DNA of 64,000 bases from Diplonema japonicum (Eukaryota > Protista > Euglenozoa: Diplonemea): assembly GCA_964019335.1 (NCBI GenBank), contig OZ025710.1:1-64000 (forward strand). Direction: 5' to 3'. A program made the translations under genes and the position numbers. The notes below the pieces were generated by a model, which searched no databases, was not told the origin of the DNA, and worked only from the letters and a program-made list of their open reading frames with translations. Shown here piece by piece: positions 8,900 through 23,800 of the stretch (positions are counted from its first letter, which is position 1; every line of letters begins with the position of its first letter).

Positions 8900-11800
8900 T
8901 CAGTTGACAGCGCCGCTCTTGTCGCCATCCTCATCCCTGAGCATGGTGCGGTTGCCGTCCTCCATCTCGAAGTCGTCGAACTTCTTGTTCTTGGAACCGT
9001 CGTCCAGATCGCTCTTCTCCTTCTGGCTCTTGACGAGGGAGAAGACGAGGAAGGCGATGAGGGCCACGATGACGATCCACAGGACGAGGATGAGGGCGGC
9101 CGGGAGGCATGCTTCGCCGAGCTTCAACCCCTCGCAGCACTCCTCTCCGTTGCCGTTGTTGTCCCTCTCGGAGGTGAGGCCGGTGTCGGCGTCCGCCTCA
9201 GCGGTGACCTTGATGGTGTCCTTCCTGTTCCCGTCGCGGTCGTGCGTCTCAAGCGGCTTGAAGCTGGTCCCGTCGAACCAGCACACCGTGTACTCGTTCT
9301 CGCTCTTCGACGCCTCGAAGGTCGCCGTCACGTCCACCAGGAGCTCCATCTCCGCAACGGGCTCCACCAGCGACGCGTTCTGCTGCACTGCTTTCGCGCA
9401 GTCGCCCGCACCGATGTTCAGCCCGTTCCCGGTGTTCGTTTCCGTGCACCGCGAAGTCTCCTGCTTGCAGTCCTCGACAGGGTTGCCCGTCGCGTTCACC
9501 ACACGCACCACACGGTCCTTTGTGCTGCTCGCGTTGAAGCACCCGTGGATGATGAGGCTGAACTTCTTCTCCTTCAACGGCTGGTTCGGGTACGCCGTGT
9601 ACCAGTATGGTTGCGTGTCCGTGCACCCTCGGAGGCTGCAGTCTGCGCCAGCCCAGCCGCCGTCGCACACACATAGGTTGTCCTCCCCGCACTTTCCGTG
9701 GTTCGAACAGGTTCCCTCCCTGCTGCACAGCGTGCACATCTCTCTGTCGCTCGACTCCTCAAAGCCGCACAAGTTGCACTCAGGGCCCGACCACCCAGGC
9801 TTGCACTTGCAGCACTCCACGTTGCTCTCTCCGCACTTCCCGTGGTTGGGGTTCACGATGCACGCCCCGTCCTTCTGCTTAGGTGCAGCGTCCTTGTTGT
9901 CCGCTTCCACCCACTTACACTTGTTCAGCTCCGAGCCAGTGCCTGCGACACAGGATTCCTCATCCGTACGGATGATGCACGCACCGGGGTTCTTGGGCAT
10001 GCACTTGTTTTGGTCAGGCAGCCACTCGCACCCGCCGATCCTGCTGTCGTCGTTACAGGGCTGCTCCATCGTGTGCACCGCGCAGCCGAGCTTCACACAC
10101 TTGGCGTCAACCCAACCGCAGCCTGCCTGCTCAACGCACACGTCCTCGGAAGTCCTCTCCGGGCACTTCTCCGCGCACACCGCCTCGCTGCCACCAGTGT
10201 CGTCACTGGTAAACCAATCACAGTTCTCAGTAGGGTTGCCGAAGCACGTCGTGCTGTCCGTGTGGCGGGCGCAGCCCTTTGCCTGCTCACAATCAGTGCC
10301 GTTCCACTTGCACTGCACGTCGTTCTCGTCCTGGTTTCTGTCACAAATCACCTCGTTGGGGTATTTGGCGCACCCGCTCTTGTCCACGCACGTGTTCTCA
10401 GTTGCCTTCCACACGCACAGGATGTCATCGTTGCAGTTGGCCTGTGCAGTTGTGGTGTCAGCGTTGTACGAAGCGCACCCCTCCACCTCCACGCACTTAC
10501 CTTCTGTGGTGTTCCACTTGCAAGCGCCTGCCACTTCTGGGGCCTCACAGGACATCGAGGTTTTGTAGTACGCGCAGTTCTTCTCCACGCACACATCGAG
10601 CGCAACGTCCCACAAACAGAGCGTGTCGGGGGTACACGTCTTCTCGACGATGTGCACCGCGCACCCAGTCTTGTCCTCGCACTGCGACGTCGCGGTGTTC
10701 CAAGCGCATTCCCCATCCGCATTGCACTCCGGGAGGGAGGTGTACACCACGCAACCGTGCCTCTCCTTGCACTGGTTGTCACTGGCGTCCCACTTGCAGT
10801 TCGAGTCGGTGTCACAGATGTCCTCGGTGTATTTCGCAGGGCAACCCACATCAGGCTTGCACTCCTCCACGCCTGTCACTCCTGTGGTCCACCTGCACCC
10901 CTGCACCGCATTGCAAGTGTCCTTCGGAGTGTACGTGCACACCTTCCTCGAGCACGAAGCACCGTCCCAGCCGCACATGTTCGCAACGTCCGCCTCACAG
11001 TTTGCCTGGCTGCAGTGCTGCACACACGGACTCACCGCGCACGACTCCTTCACCATGCTCCACATACAAGAGCTGTCTGTCTCGCAGCCTGCTGGCATCG
11101 CCCATTCCGAACAGCTGCTCTTGTGCACAGACTCCCCGTGTTTGGAGAGGAAGTATCCGAAGGTGCTGTTCTCGTTGCAGAGGTTGAACAACATTTCTTC
11201 CAGCTCCGCCATAGTGGCGTCCACAGCATGGCTGTTCGTGGGGCTCGTTACGAAGGCCTCCATCTTCGCACGCTCCTCTTCGTCTTGCGGGCTCGACGTG
11301 CTGAATCGCCTCACATGGGTTGCAAACACCTGCACCCTCTGCTGCTCCAAGAGCCCCGACACGGTCACCATCGACGGTGCCTCCGCGTCAGGGATCTCGC
11401 CGTCCGCAACCACGATCAGCACCTTCTTCCTGTCCGCGGGTGAGCTCTCGAACATCTTCGCTGCCATTTCCATCGCCTGCGTGAGGTACGAGGCATCCTT
11501 CGCGTGCGAAGTGAATTGCCCCTCGTGCCAGTGCACGTCGCCGTCGACTTCAGCAAGCACACCGGAAAGCCTCCCTTCAGTCCCGGTCCCCTTGGGCGCC
11601 TTCATCGCTTCACCCTTTCCAGAGAACTGCACAAGCCCCACACGGAAGCCCGAAGCGAGGGACGCGTCGCTGGCCACACCTGCGGCCTCACCCGTCAAGG
11701 GCAGTGTCTTTGAGAGGTCCAGCACCATCTCTGTCACTGCGAAAAAGCCGTGCGGGTGGCGCCCGAAGCGGTCAGCCATGCTGAGGGACCCGTCGACCGC

Positions 11801-14800
11801 AACCACAAGGTCAACAGCAGGACAGTTCGCGAACATCGACGCCACGCACTTCGAAGTCTTTGCTTCCCACATGCACCCGGGTACCTGCCCACACGAGCAT
11901 GGTTGGGTTTCATCTTTGCAGAGACTCACACCCTCGTCACACTTCATCTTGTTGCTGTCCCAGGCACAGCCATCCTGAGCGCCCTTGTCCACCGCCTCGC
12001 AGTCGCCCTCTGTCTTGTACACACGGCACTTCTTCACGCCACAGTGGACGGGCGAGTGCGCGGTCTTCCATTCACAGTCGCCACTGGCATCGATGCCGCA
12101 TTCCTTTTCGTTCGTGTGAGCAACGCATCCGTCAATCACGGTGCAGACACCACCCTCCCACTTGCAATCGAAAGAGTGCTTTTCACACTCGGTCTGGTCC
12201 TTGTACGGCACACACGGCCTCTCCACGCACTGATCAATTGCGGCATCCCACTTGCAGTTCGCCTTCGCGTCGCACGGCATCTGCGTCTTGTCGTTGCACT
12301 CCTTGATCTTGCAGATAGTGGTCACGTCGTCCCACTCGCACCCGTGAGGGTCTGCCAGGCAACCGTCCTCTGCAGTCGCCGTGCACGGCATCACAATGCA
12401 CGTCGGCTTCGACGGGTCCAACAAGTCCCAGTAGCACTCCTGTGCCCTGCACTCATTCTCGGTGGTCGCCTTGCACTCGACAACCCTCTCGCACTGACCA
12501 TTGGTCCACGCACACTTCTTCCCCTGCTCGTCGTTGTTCGACACACAGACGTCCATGTTGCAGTGCTTGTGGCACGAGCTCCACTGGCACGCCACGTCGG
12601 TGTCGCTCCAGTAGCACAGCCCGTCCTTCAAGCAGACCGATGCCTCGCCGAACGAACCACACGGCACGTGCCCGGCGCCAGTCGCCCCCTGGTAGTCGAG
12701 GATAATCTTTCCAAACTTGCTGTTCGGGTTGCAGAAGTCCTTCAGCACGCTCTCCGAGAAGTCGTCCAACGGGATGTTCATGTAGTGGTCTGCCCTTGGT
12801 TCTGAGACAATGGTCGAGAGCACCTGCTCCGCGTCGATGTCGGTCTGTGTGTGCTGGGAGAATCTCCTCAGCACAACACCGAAGGTCTGCACGCCCTGCG
12901 AGTCGAGGAGTGCCCTTGCGGAACTCAGCTGCGAGGCATCGTGGATCTTCCCGTCCGTCAGGATCAGCAGAATCTTTGCCCTACCGCTGGCAGCCGCCGA
13001 CTGGAACATGAGGCCCGCAAACTGCAGGGCCTCCGAGATGTAGGTCTGCTGCATGGCATAGTTGGTCTCGTGCCAGTCAAGGTCCACGTTGAGCTCCGCG
13101 ATGGAGCCAGAGAAGCGGCCTCCGGTACCTGTTCCGGGTGGCGTCGCCAGAGCCTTGTTAGGGGCGGAGAACTGAACCAGACCGATTCTCACACCCGAGG
13201 CCTGTGTCGCCGAAGTCGCGGCGGGCTCCTTCGTCAGGGGCAAGGTCTTGAACCAGTCCCTAAGCGCTTCGATCATAGCGTAGAAACCGTGCGGGTGGCG
13301 CCCGAATGACTGGCTCATCGATCCTGAGCCGTCAAACACAACCGCAACGTCCATAGAAGGACAGCCGCCGAAGTCCACGTTCTTGCAAACCGAATTCTTC
13401 GTGTCCCACGAGCAGAACTCCTTGTCGTTGCACGCACACTGGTCCGCGAGGTCAGAGCACACCACTTCCTTGCAGAGATTGTCGGCGCTGTTCCAGGAAC
13501 ATTTCATGTCGTCGTTGCACACACCTTCTGCCTTGTGCTTCCTGCAGTACTTCTCACTGCAGATTGTCGGCGACTCGCTGACGTCCCAGTGGCATCCCAA
13601 ATCGTGGTCGCAGGTCTTCTCGTCCAGGTACTGCACACACGGCTTCACATTGCACTTGTTCGACTCCCACTCGCACTTCCTGCTGTCCTTCAGGCACTCG
13701 CTGGGGTCCGTTGTCGTGCACGGCGTCTCCACGCAAGAGGCCCACTTCTGTGTTCCGACAATCTCAGCATCCCACTCACACTTCTGGTCCAGTTTGCAGG
13801 ACTCCATGGTGTTGTAGGTGCAAGGGCGCGGGTTGCAGTGGTCTTTCGTGCTGTCCCAGATGCAGCCAATGGGGTCACTCAAACAGCCAGACTCAGCCTG
13901 GTGTTGGCACTCCTTTTCAATGCACACAGAATCGGCAGCCTTCCACTCGCATCCGGGGTCCGCAGAGCACTCCGTCATTGGGTGGTCGCAGATGGGCTTC
14001 TTGTAGCAGATCGCCTGCGTCGCGTCCCACTCGCACAAGTTCGACGAGTCCGCCTTGCACACGGCCTCGTCACAGTGACGCACGCACGCTGAGTCAGAGC
14101 ACACCAGCAAAGTGGCACTCCACCTGCACGCCGCGTCCTTGTTGCAGTTGTTCTTCTCAAAGTACATGGGGCAGGGTTGCTTCGGCTTCAGGGCACCGAC
14201 GCCAGAGCCCTCGGCAGACGCGATCAACCTCCCGAACTGCTGCTGCGGGTCACACAGGGCGTTCAGGATGGCCTTCAGGTCTTCCATCTGGGCGTCCAAG
14301 AAGTGCTCGTCCCTCACGTCGCTCAACACGTTCAACATCGCGTCCCTCGCGTCACCCGCCGTCGACGGGAAGGCGGCAGCTGGGCGCAGCAAAACACCGA
14401 ACACCTGGACACCGGCACCGAACAGCTCGCTCACTGCGCTGTTCACCTCCGCCCTCCCGGCGTCTATGAGGATGCTGTCGGAGATCACAATCAGTACCTT
14501 CTTCCTCTCAGGTCTGGTAAACATGTCTTGCGCCAGACGCAGACCCCCTGCGATGTATGCCTCGTCTGTGTCGATCATCTTCGCCTCATGGTAATCCAGG
14601 TCAGCCTCAAACTCCGACATCAATCCGGTAACGTGGCCACCACTCCCCACTGAAGGACCCGTCTTCGTGGCGCGACCCTGAGCAGCGAACTGCACCACAC
14701 CCACGCGCACACCATTGTCCACCTTCACACTTCCTGCGACCTTCCCAGAATCCCCGGACAGGGGAAGTGTCTTGGCCCAGTCCCGAAGGAACTCCATAAC

Positions 14801-17800
14801 TGCCTGGTAGCCGCTGCCGTGGCGCCCGAAGGCACTCTTCATGGAGGTCGTCCCGTCCACCAGCACCACCACGTCCATCAGGGGGCAGCCACCGAAGGAA
14901 CCCGACACGCAGGCGCCGTTAGCCCCGAAGGTTGTGTCCCAGAAGCAGCCCAAATCCTTGTTGCAGGGACACGGGGTCGTGATCTTGGAGCAGTCCTTGT
15001 CTACGCACTTGTTGTTCGTCGCGTCCCAACTGCATCGCAGTTCGGGGTCCGTCTCGCATGCGCCCTCAGACGCGTACCTAGTGCACACCTTTGTATCACA
15101 CTTCGAGGGTGCCACGCTCACATCCCAGTGGCACTCGTAGTCGTGGTCGCAGGTCTGCTCGTCATCATGCTGTCTGCACTTCTTGAACTTGCACACCGTG
15201 TCGAACTCGCAGGCATCGTCGGTCACGCATGTTGCCTCGTCAGCAGCGGTGCACCTTGTCTTCTTGCAGTGGTCGACAGACCACTCGCAGACCTCGGGGG
15301 CTGCCACACACTCCTGCTCTGAAACGTATGTGCATTCCTTCTTCGTGCACGTGGAGGTTTTCGAGTTCCACTCGCACACGTTCGGGTCAGTGATGCAGCT
15401 GTCCTCCGCCGTGTGGCCCACACACGGCTTCGCCACACAGCGGTAGATGTTCACATCCACCATCACCCACGCGCAGCCACCGTTCTCTGTCACTGCTTCG
15501 CAGGTAGGCTGCGTGGTCTGGCTAGGGCAAGTCGGGGGCTTCTTGTAGCAGGAGCCCTCTTGGGTGTTCCATTCACAAGCAGAGTCCGCAGTACAGGCGG
15601 TCTGGTCACAGCCGTATGTCCTGCACGTGTGTGTGGTGCACAGCAACAAGGACTCAGACCACGCGCAGCCCGTGTCGGCATCGCAGTTCCCTGCGACAGC
15701 GTAGGTGGTGCACGGCTGGTTCACACCAACAACAGCAGGAGCAGCGCTGCCGCTCCCCTTTAGCATGGCCTCTCCGAAGGTCTTTGTCTTGTCGCACAGG
15801 GCGGTGAAGACCTTTTCGTTCAGCTCATCGACCTCCAGGTCGAGGAAGTGCTCGTCGTGCGACACCGAGACAAGCGTCTTCATCTGGTCAGCTGCGGCGT
15901 TGTCTTCGGCAGTCCTCGTGTTGAGGCGACGCAGAGTCACACCGAACACTTGCACCGTAGGACTCAGCGTGGCCATCGCAAGCTTCAGCTTGTCCTCGTC
16001 GGACACCTTCCCGCTGGTCAGCATCAGCACCACCTGTTTCCTTGTTGTCGGGCTCTGGCTCGAGAGCACAGACTCTGCGTGCTGCACAGCCTTCTCCATG
16101 TAGCGGCCGCTCCCGCCCAGCATGTTGGCCGAGTGGAAGGCGAGGTCTCCGAGAAGCTGGTCCAGGTTGCCCGACAGCAGACCAGCAGCAGAGGGCGTCG
16201 ACGGGTTCGTAGGGCTCGTCACCAGCATGGACTGCACACTGGAACCGATCTGCACGAATGCGACCCTGGTCCCTGCCGTCTTCACCGAGGCCTTGGGCAC
16301 AATGTACGAGTCTCCGTTCAGGGGCAGAATCTTCACCCAGTCCTTCAGCATCTCCATCAGCGCGTCGTAGCCGTTGGGGTGGCGTCCGAAGGCCCACTGC
16401 ATAGGAGTAGTGCCGTCGAAGGCAACCACGATGTCGATAGGCGGACAGGCCCCGAAAGCTGCCTCCACGCACGACTTCCTCGACTCAACCCAGAAGCATC
16501 TGGCGTCCGCCGCGCAGTCGCACGGTTTCCCGTTGTACCTCATGCAGGTAGAGGGCACACAGATAGCACCGTCCCAGCCACACGCCGCGTCCATGTTGCA
16601 GTCAGTCTCAGCAGTCCACTTCGAGCAATATGTTTCCTTACAGAAGGCAGGAGACGCGTCCACTTCCCACTCGCAGCCAGCCTCTGCGATGCACGACCCT
16701 TCCTCCAAGTGCTCAACACATCTCTTCTTCTCGCACTTAGCATTCTTCCAGTCACATTTCACATCATCTGTGCAGTCCTTCTCGACGGGGTAAGTGCACT
16801 TCTTAGGTCCGCACTTCGAAGCTGCTTGGTCCCAGTCGCACTCTCCGCTCGCCGTACACTTGTCAGACGTGGTGAATGTGCACTTCTTCACTGTGCACTT
16901 TCCGGGTGAGGTCCACTCACAGCCAACAAGGTCGGATACGCAAGCAGGTTCAGTGTGGTGCTGGCAGGGCTGGGGTTCGCACCTGTCGTTCATCCACGTG
17001 CACTCGTAGTCCCCCAGGCAGACCTGCTCATCCACATAAGCACAGATCTTCTCCTTGGTGCAGGTCGAGTCACCGCTTACGTTGAACTGGCAGCGGTACG
17101 AGGGGTCCGAGAGGTCCACGCACAGATTCTTCGAGCAGTACTGCAGGCACGGGGTCACCGTGCACGCCACGAGACCCTCGTTCCATGCGCATCCGGAATC
17201 GCGGTTGCATTCTGCGGAGTCGTGGTGGAAAGAGCAAGGAAGGTGTGAGTCTGTGGTTTTCAGGTCCACCAACCAGCTTCCCCACGAGGTGCTCGGGTTG
17301 CACCACTTGTCAAACACCTTCGCCTTCAGGTCGTCAATTGCAATGTTCTCGAAGTGCGCCGCCTGCGGCTCCGTCACGATAGGCTTCAGAGACGCCTCAG
17401 CGTCGTTGTCCAGCGTCGCGTGCGAGTCACTCCTCCTCACCACGATACCGACCAGGTGCGCCCCGGCTGCTTGGAGGTTGCCCAGAGGACCCGCAAGCTT
17501 GCTCTCGTCCATGACCGGGCTGCCCAGCAGCACCAGCACGATCTTCTTCCTTCCGTCCACAGGGTAAGCAGGACCAGAGAGCAGACCAGCTGCCATCTCA
17601 AGGGCCTCGAACAGGAAGGTGTCTTTTGCCATGTGGTTGTGCTCCTGGAACGACAAGTCCTGCCTCAGTTCAGGGACGTAGCCCGAAAGCCTCCCCTTTG
17701 CACCGTCGGCCGACACGAGGGCAGAGCCTGCACCCGCCAGGTTCTTGTCCCCGCTGAACTGCACGAGGGCGACCCTTGCGGATCCCGGGGCGTACTTCGT

Positions 17801-20800
17801 GGGGTCCTTCCCGGCAGCACCAACGTCACCAGGTAGGGGCAGCAGGTACACCCAGTCCTTGATCATCTCGATGAGTGCATAGTAGCCGTTCGGGTGGCGC
17901 CCGAAGGACTGCGTCATCGACGACGATCCGTCTATCAGCACCACGATGTCCATGGTGGGGCACGCCCCGTAGTGCACGTCCACGCACGTCCCGTCGTGCC
18001 AGAAGCAGCTCGGGTCCGTCGTGCACGCGCAGTGTTCGTGAACGTTTTCGCATCTCTTTGTGTCGCACGTCCCGAAGTCCCAAGCGCACGCGGGCTCCAG
18101 GTCGCAGGTGGTCTCGTTGAACTTCGCGCAGTACTTCTCCTTGCACATCCCGGGCGAAGTCGTCGGGTCCCACTCGCACTGGGTCTCTGTCGCCGATGAG
18201 CACGACAGCTCGTCAACGTACCCCACACACGGCTTCTCCACGCAAGTGTTGCTGTCCGTGTAGTCGCACCAGATCTTGTTCTCCGCAGACTCGCAGCAGG
18301 TCTGGTTTCCAGCAGAGCACGACACGCACCTCTTCGGCTTGCAGACAGGACCATCCTTCCCGTTCACGTCCCACGTGCAGATGTCTGCGAGGTCGTTGCA
18401 GCCGGCCGAAGTCGTCTGCCTCTGGCAGGGCTCGGGGTTGCACTTCTTCTCCACGGAGTCCCACACGCAGCCTTCGGTGTCCAAGAGACACGGCTCCTCG
18501 TCGTCGTGCTTGCAAGGCTTTTCAACGCACGTGCTGTTCACGCTCTCCCACATGCACTCCGGGTCCTTCGAGCACTCGGGAACAGACGTGTACGAGCAGG
18601 GCGGCTTCTTCGTGCAGCTCTGCGTCGCAGTGTCGAACACACAGTGATTGTCCACATCCGCCTCACAGCTCAACTGGTCGCAGTGGTCGAAGCAAGGTGT
18701 TACTCCGCAGCTCAGTGTCGTGTCCGACCACTTGCACCCAGTGTTGCGGTTGCAAGTGATCTTGCCATCCAGCTGCACGCACGGGATGGTGCTATTGCCA
18801 GTGCCAGCAGAGCCGCCGCCGGTGGCAGACACGAACTTGCCCCACTTGCTGTCTGGGTCGCAAAGCCCGGTCAACACCTCCGTCGGGATCTCGTCCATCG
18901 TGAGGCTCATGAAGTGGTCGTCCGCCTTCTCCGAGACCACAGGCTTCAGAGCAGCCTCAGCAGCGTCGTCCGCAGCGCTGTGCGCGTTGAACCTCCTCAC
19001 AGCGATACCGAAGGTGATCACCTGCAGCTGCTGGAGCTTCGCCCTAACAGTCGTGAGACGGTCGCCATCCATCAACACCCCGTCCGTGATGATGATGACG
19101 ATCCTGCGGCGCCCGTCAAGGGGAGAATCGTTCGTCAACATGTCGGCAGCCATGTTCAACCCCTCCTCGATGAAGGTGAGCTGCGCCATGTAGTTGTCCT
19201 CATGCCACGTGATGTCGCCCTCCAGCTGCGAGATGTCGCCACTGAGGCGACCACCGCTGCCAACCGCCGGCGGCGTCCTTTGTGCCGAGTTCACAACTCC
19301 ACCCGTCGCCGGGTTCACGGAGTTCGGCTCACCACTGAACTGTACCAACCCCAGCCTCACCCCACCAGTAGACGGCGCAGAATTGGAGCCAACTGTCGAG
19401 AGCTCGCCGCTCAGAGGCAGAGTCTTCACCCAATCCCTGATCATCTCCATCATCGCGTAGAAGCCGTGCGGGTGGCGTCCGAAGGACTGGCTCATCGAAC
19501 CAGAACCGTCGAGCACTAGCACTGCATCCAGAGTCGGGCACTTACCAAACACCTGCTCCTCGCAGCGTGCGCGGCCTCCAGCCGTCGACCAGAAGCAGGA
19601 TGCATCCTGCTGGCACTCGCACTTGCCCGGGATTGTGTGGCAAGTCTTTTCGACGCACACCAACTCCGCTCCATCCCACTTGCATCCGGTATCAAGACCG
19701 CAAGTGGTCTCGTTTTCATACCTTGCGCACGGCTTCAGCTGGCAGCTTCCCGGCGCCGCGGAAGTGTCCCAGTGACATTTCTTGTCGGCGTCGCACGAGC
19801 GGTCGTCGGCGTACTCCACGCAAGGCCTCACCACGCACTTGGACGCGACCTCCTCCCATTGACACATCACGTCCGACTTGCAGTCATCCTTCACTGTGTA
19901 TGGGGTGCACTTGATGGGAGTGCACTTCGAAGAGCTGGTGTTCCACTCACAGTTTGCCTCGGTTTTGCACTCAAGTTCGGTGGCGCTCATCACACACGGC
20001 TTCACCCCGCATTCCGAGTTCTTCCACTCACACACGTACTCGGTGTCCGCAATGCACCCATCTTCCGACGTGTGGTAACAGGGCTTCACCTCGCAGCCAG
20101 ATTTTGTGGTGTTCCACTGGCAGCCAGTTTCCAAGTCGCATGTGTTTTGGTTCCCAGCGCACACCTCCTTGCGGTAGCAGGTCTCCTCGGTGGAGTCCCA
20201 CCCGTTCACGCAATCGTTCACAACGTCCTGGTTGCAGGTAGCCTCGCTGCAGTGCATCACACACGGAGACGTCCCACACGACAACTGGTTCCACGCGCAG
20301 CCCACGTCGCTCATGCAGTCGTTCTTTGCGGTGTAGGCGTTGCATGGTTGGTGCTTCCCGCCTGCCACACCCATCGCGATAGAGGACCCGAAAGCCGTCG
20401 CGGGGTCGCACAGCTGCGTCATCGGGCCCGTGTTCGAGGCGAGCTCGTCCATGTCCACGTTCACGAAGTGGTTGTCGTGCGGCGACGAGGTGATGGGCTT
20501 CAGTGCCTCCTCCGCGTCCGTGTCGACCTTCGTGTGCGATGCGAATCTCCTCACCACGATACCGAACACCTCAGCACCGACAGAGTCAAGCTTTGCCTTC
20601 GCGTCCTCGAGGTAGGCCTGGTCCTGGAGTTGCCCGTCCGTGATAACGTACACGGCCCTCCTCCTCCCGTCAGTGGGGGAGTTCTGCAGGATGCTTGCAG
20701 CCATCTGCAGACCGAGGTTCACGTACGTCCCCTTCTCCATGTAGTTCGCCTCGTGCCAGTCAAGGTCAGCAGAGAGCTGTGCGAAGTCACCCGACAGCCT

Positions 20801-23800
20801 CCCCGCGGTACCAACACCGGCAGGGGTTTTGATTGCCGACCCTGCAACGGGGGTCTTCGTGAGGGGCGCCGTGGCAACCCCGCTGAACTGCACGAAAGCA
20901 ACACGGATCTTCCTGGAAGCCGGCGTCGTCGTGACAGCAGCCCCAGCCTTCTCCCCGCTCAGGGGCAGCCCGCTCACCCACGCCCTCAGCATCTCCACCA
21001 TACCGTAGAAGCCGTGCGGGTGGCGCCCGAAGACCTGGCTCATCGAGGCGGACCCGTCGAACACAACAACAAGGTCCAACGTGGGGCACGTCCCGTACTT
21101 CTGGTCCACGCAGGTCTTGTCACCCGACAGCCAGAAGCAGTCGGGCTCCTTACGGCAGTCGCACTGGTTCCTCAGCATCCCACACTCCTTCTTCTTGCAA
21201 ATGCTGGTAACAGGGTCGGTCATGCACGCGGGGTCCAGGTTGCACTCGTCCTCTACGCAGATGCTTGTTTCCATGTCGCAGTACTTCCTGCAGTACTTCA
21301 CATTGCAGGTTCCCGGGGCAATAGCAATGCTCCACTCACAGCTGTCGTCAGCCATGCACAGCTTCTCGTTCGCATACTGCTTGCACGGTGCGGGCACACA
21401 CTTGTTGTTGCTGTTCCACACGCACATGCCAGGCTCTGTCGATTCGCACGTGCCCTTGTCCATGTAGTTGCATTTCTTCACCTCACATTCCACAGCGTCC
21501 ACGTTCCACTTGCACTCCTGGTCCAGGTTGCAGCTGTCCATGTTGTCGTACACGCACGGCTTCTTCTTGCAGTCCTGGTTCAAATTGTCCCAGATGCACA
21601 CAGCGGGGTCCGCGAGACAGCCCTGCTCGTTGTCGTGCTTGCACTCTTTCCCAATGCACGCGTTGTTCTTCCACTCACACTCGGCGTCGTTAACGCACTC
21701 GGTCTGCCCGGGGTAGTTGCAGACCTCTACTTTCCCGCAGGAGTTCACCGTCCCGTTCCACTTGCACAGGTTCAGGGTGTCGGCAATGCAAGTCGCACTG
21801 TCACAGTGTTCCAAGCACGGCGAGTCTGCGCACGACAGGGTCGCGTCGAACCACACGCAGCCGGCATCCTTGTTGCAAGAATCCTTGGCAGAGTGGAGCT
21901 GGCAAGGCTGCCTACCTTCCGCAACCTCACCCACGAACTTGCCCCAAGCAGCATTCGGGTCGCACAAACCGTTCAGCGAAGCAGCGATTTCATCCACCTG
22001 AACATTTACGATGTGCCCGGTCTTTGGGTCGGACACCAAGGGCTGCAATGTCTGCTGCGCCTTCTCGTCAAGGGTGGTGTGTGTGTCAAAGGGACGCACC
22101 ACAACACCAAAGATTTGCACCTGTGCCTGGTCAAGTTCAGCCCTCACGGTCTGATACTTGTCAGCGTCGTCTAGCTCACCGTCGGTCACCACGATCAGCA
22201 CACGCTTCCTCCCGTCAACAGGCGAGGTGCGGAACAAGCTAACGGCCTTCTGCAAGCCGGCGAGGAGGTAGGTGGTCTGCGGTGTGGGCTGCATAAGCAG
22301 GCTTCCTCCCATGAAGTTCGTCTCCTGAAACGTGAGATCGGCCTCTACCTCGGCAAGGGAGCCAGTTAAGCGGCCCTCGCTGGTCCCGGCACCAGTGGCA
22401 GTGGTCGCCTGCCTACTGTCGGACGGAGCCCAACTCTCGCTACCTGCGAACTGCACGAACGCAAGACGCACTGCCTGCGAGTTAGCGGCAGTAGGGCTGC
22501 CAGCAGCCTCCCCGCTCAGGGGCAGGGTCTGGGCCCAGTCCTTCACCACCTCCACGAGAGCGTAGAAGCCCTGAGGGTGGCGTCCGAACTTCTTCCCCAT
22601 CGACACACCACCGTCAAGCAGCAGCACCACGTCGAGCGTGGGGCACGTCCCGAAGCGCTGGAAGGTGCAGTGTGGTTTGCCGGGAGCGGTGCTGTAGAAG
22701 CAGTCAGGGTCCGCCTCGCAGGCACATTTGTCGGTCATCTTGTTGCAGTCCTTCTCCACACACTCTGTCCCTTCCCACATACACGACCTCTCGCTGTTGC
22801 AGGCGCTCTCGCCATACTCTCTGCACGGCCCGACGCTGCAGATCGCAGGCGACTGCTTCACATCCCAGTGGCAGCCGTGCTGCTCCTCGTTTGCGTTGCA
22901 GCACCTTTCATCAGCGAAGGGCGAACAGGTTTTCATCACGCAGGCGGAACCACTCCAACCGCACTGCGCATCAGCACTGCAGTCGGCGGAGGTTGAGTAG
23001 TCACACGGCTTGAGCACGCACATCGCAGGGATCCCCGTTCCGACACATGCCTTGTCCCACAGGCACTTCGCCTCTGCCGTGCACGCCGCTTCGTCGCTGT
23101 GCTGGCAAGGCTTCTCCGTGCACGAACCGTCCTTCGAGGACCACTCGCAGTCGTAGGTCGAGTCGGCGGTGCAGCTGTTCTCATCAGGGTAGTTGCACGG
23201 CTTGTCCACGCACTTCATGTCTCTCCAGGCACATGTGACGTCACCGATGCACACGTTCTCTCCCGTGTACTTAGAGCACCCCTCCTCCTTGTAGCACACG
23301 CTCTCGTCTGCCTTCCAGAAGCACTTGTTCGTGGTGTCATTTTTACACAGGCCCTCGGAGCAGTGCTTGATGCACGGGGTGTCTACACAAGCAGCAAGCA
23401 CGTCACGGAAAACACACCCAATGTCAGCATTGCAGACATCCTTCTCGTTGTAGTTCCCACAGGGCTTGTGCACACCTGCCTGGGCCGTGTCCACGATGTA
23501 CTTACCCCACATGCTGTTCGGGTCGCACAGACCATCCAAGGTGTCGGAGATCTCGTCCAAGAGGAGGTTGTAGTAGTGCTCCGCGTGCGGTTCCGAGGTG
23601 ATGGGCTTCAGGGTCGCCTCAGCGTCGATGTCCGTCTGCGTGTGCGCGTCGAAGCGCCTCACCACGATACCGAAGGTGATCACCTCCTCCTGTTCCAGGC
23701 GCTTCCTCGCGTCAACCAACTTGTCCGCATCCTGGATCTGGCCGTCAGTGAAAACCAGAAGCACCCTCTTCCTCCCGTCCTTCGGGGAGGCCTGGAACAT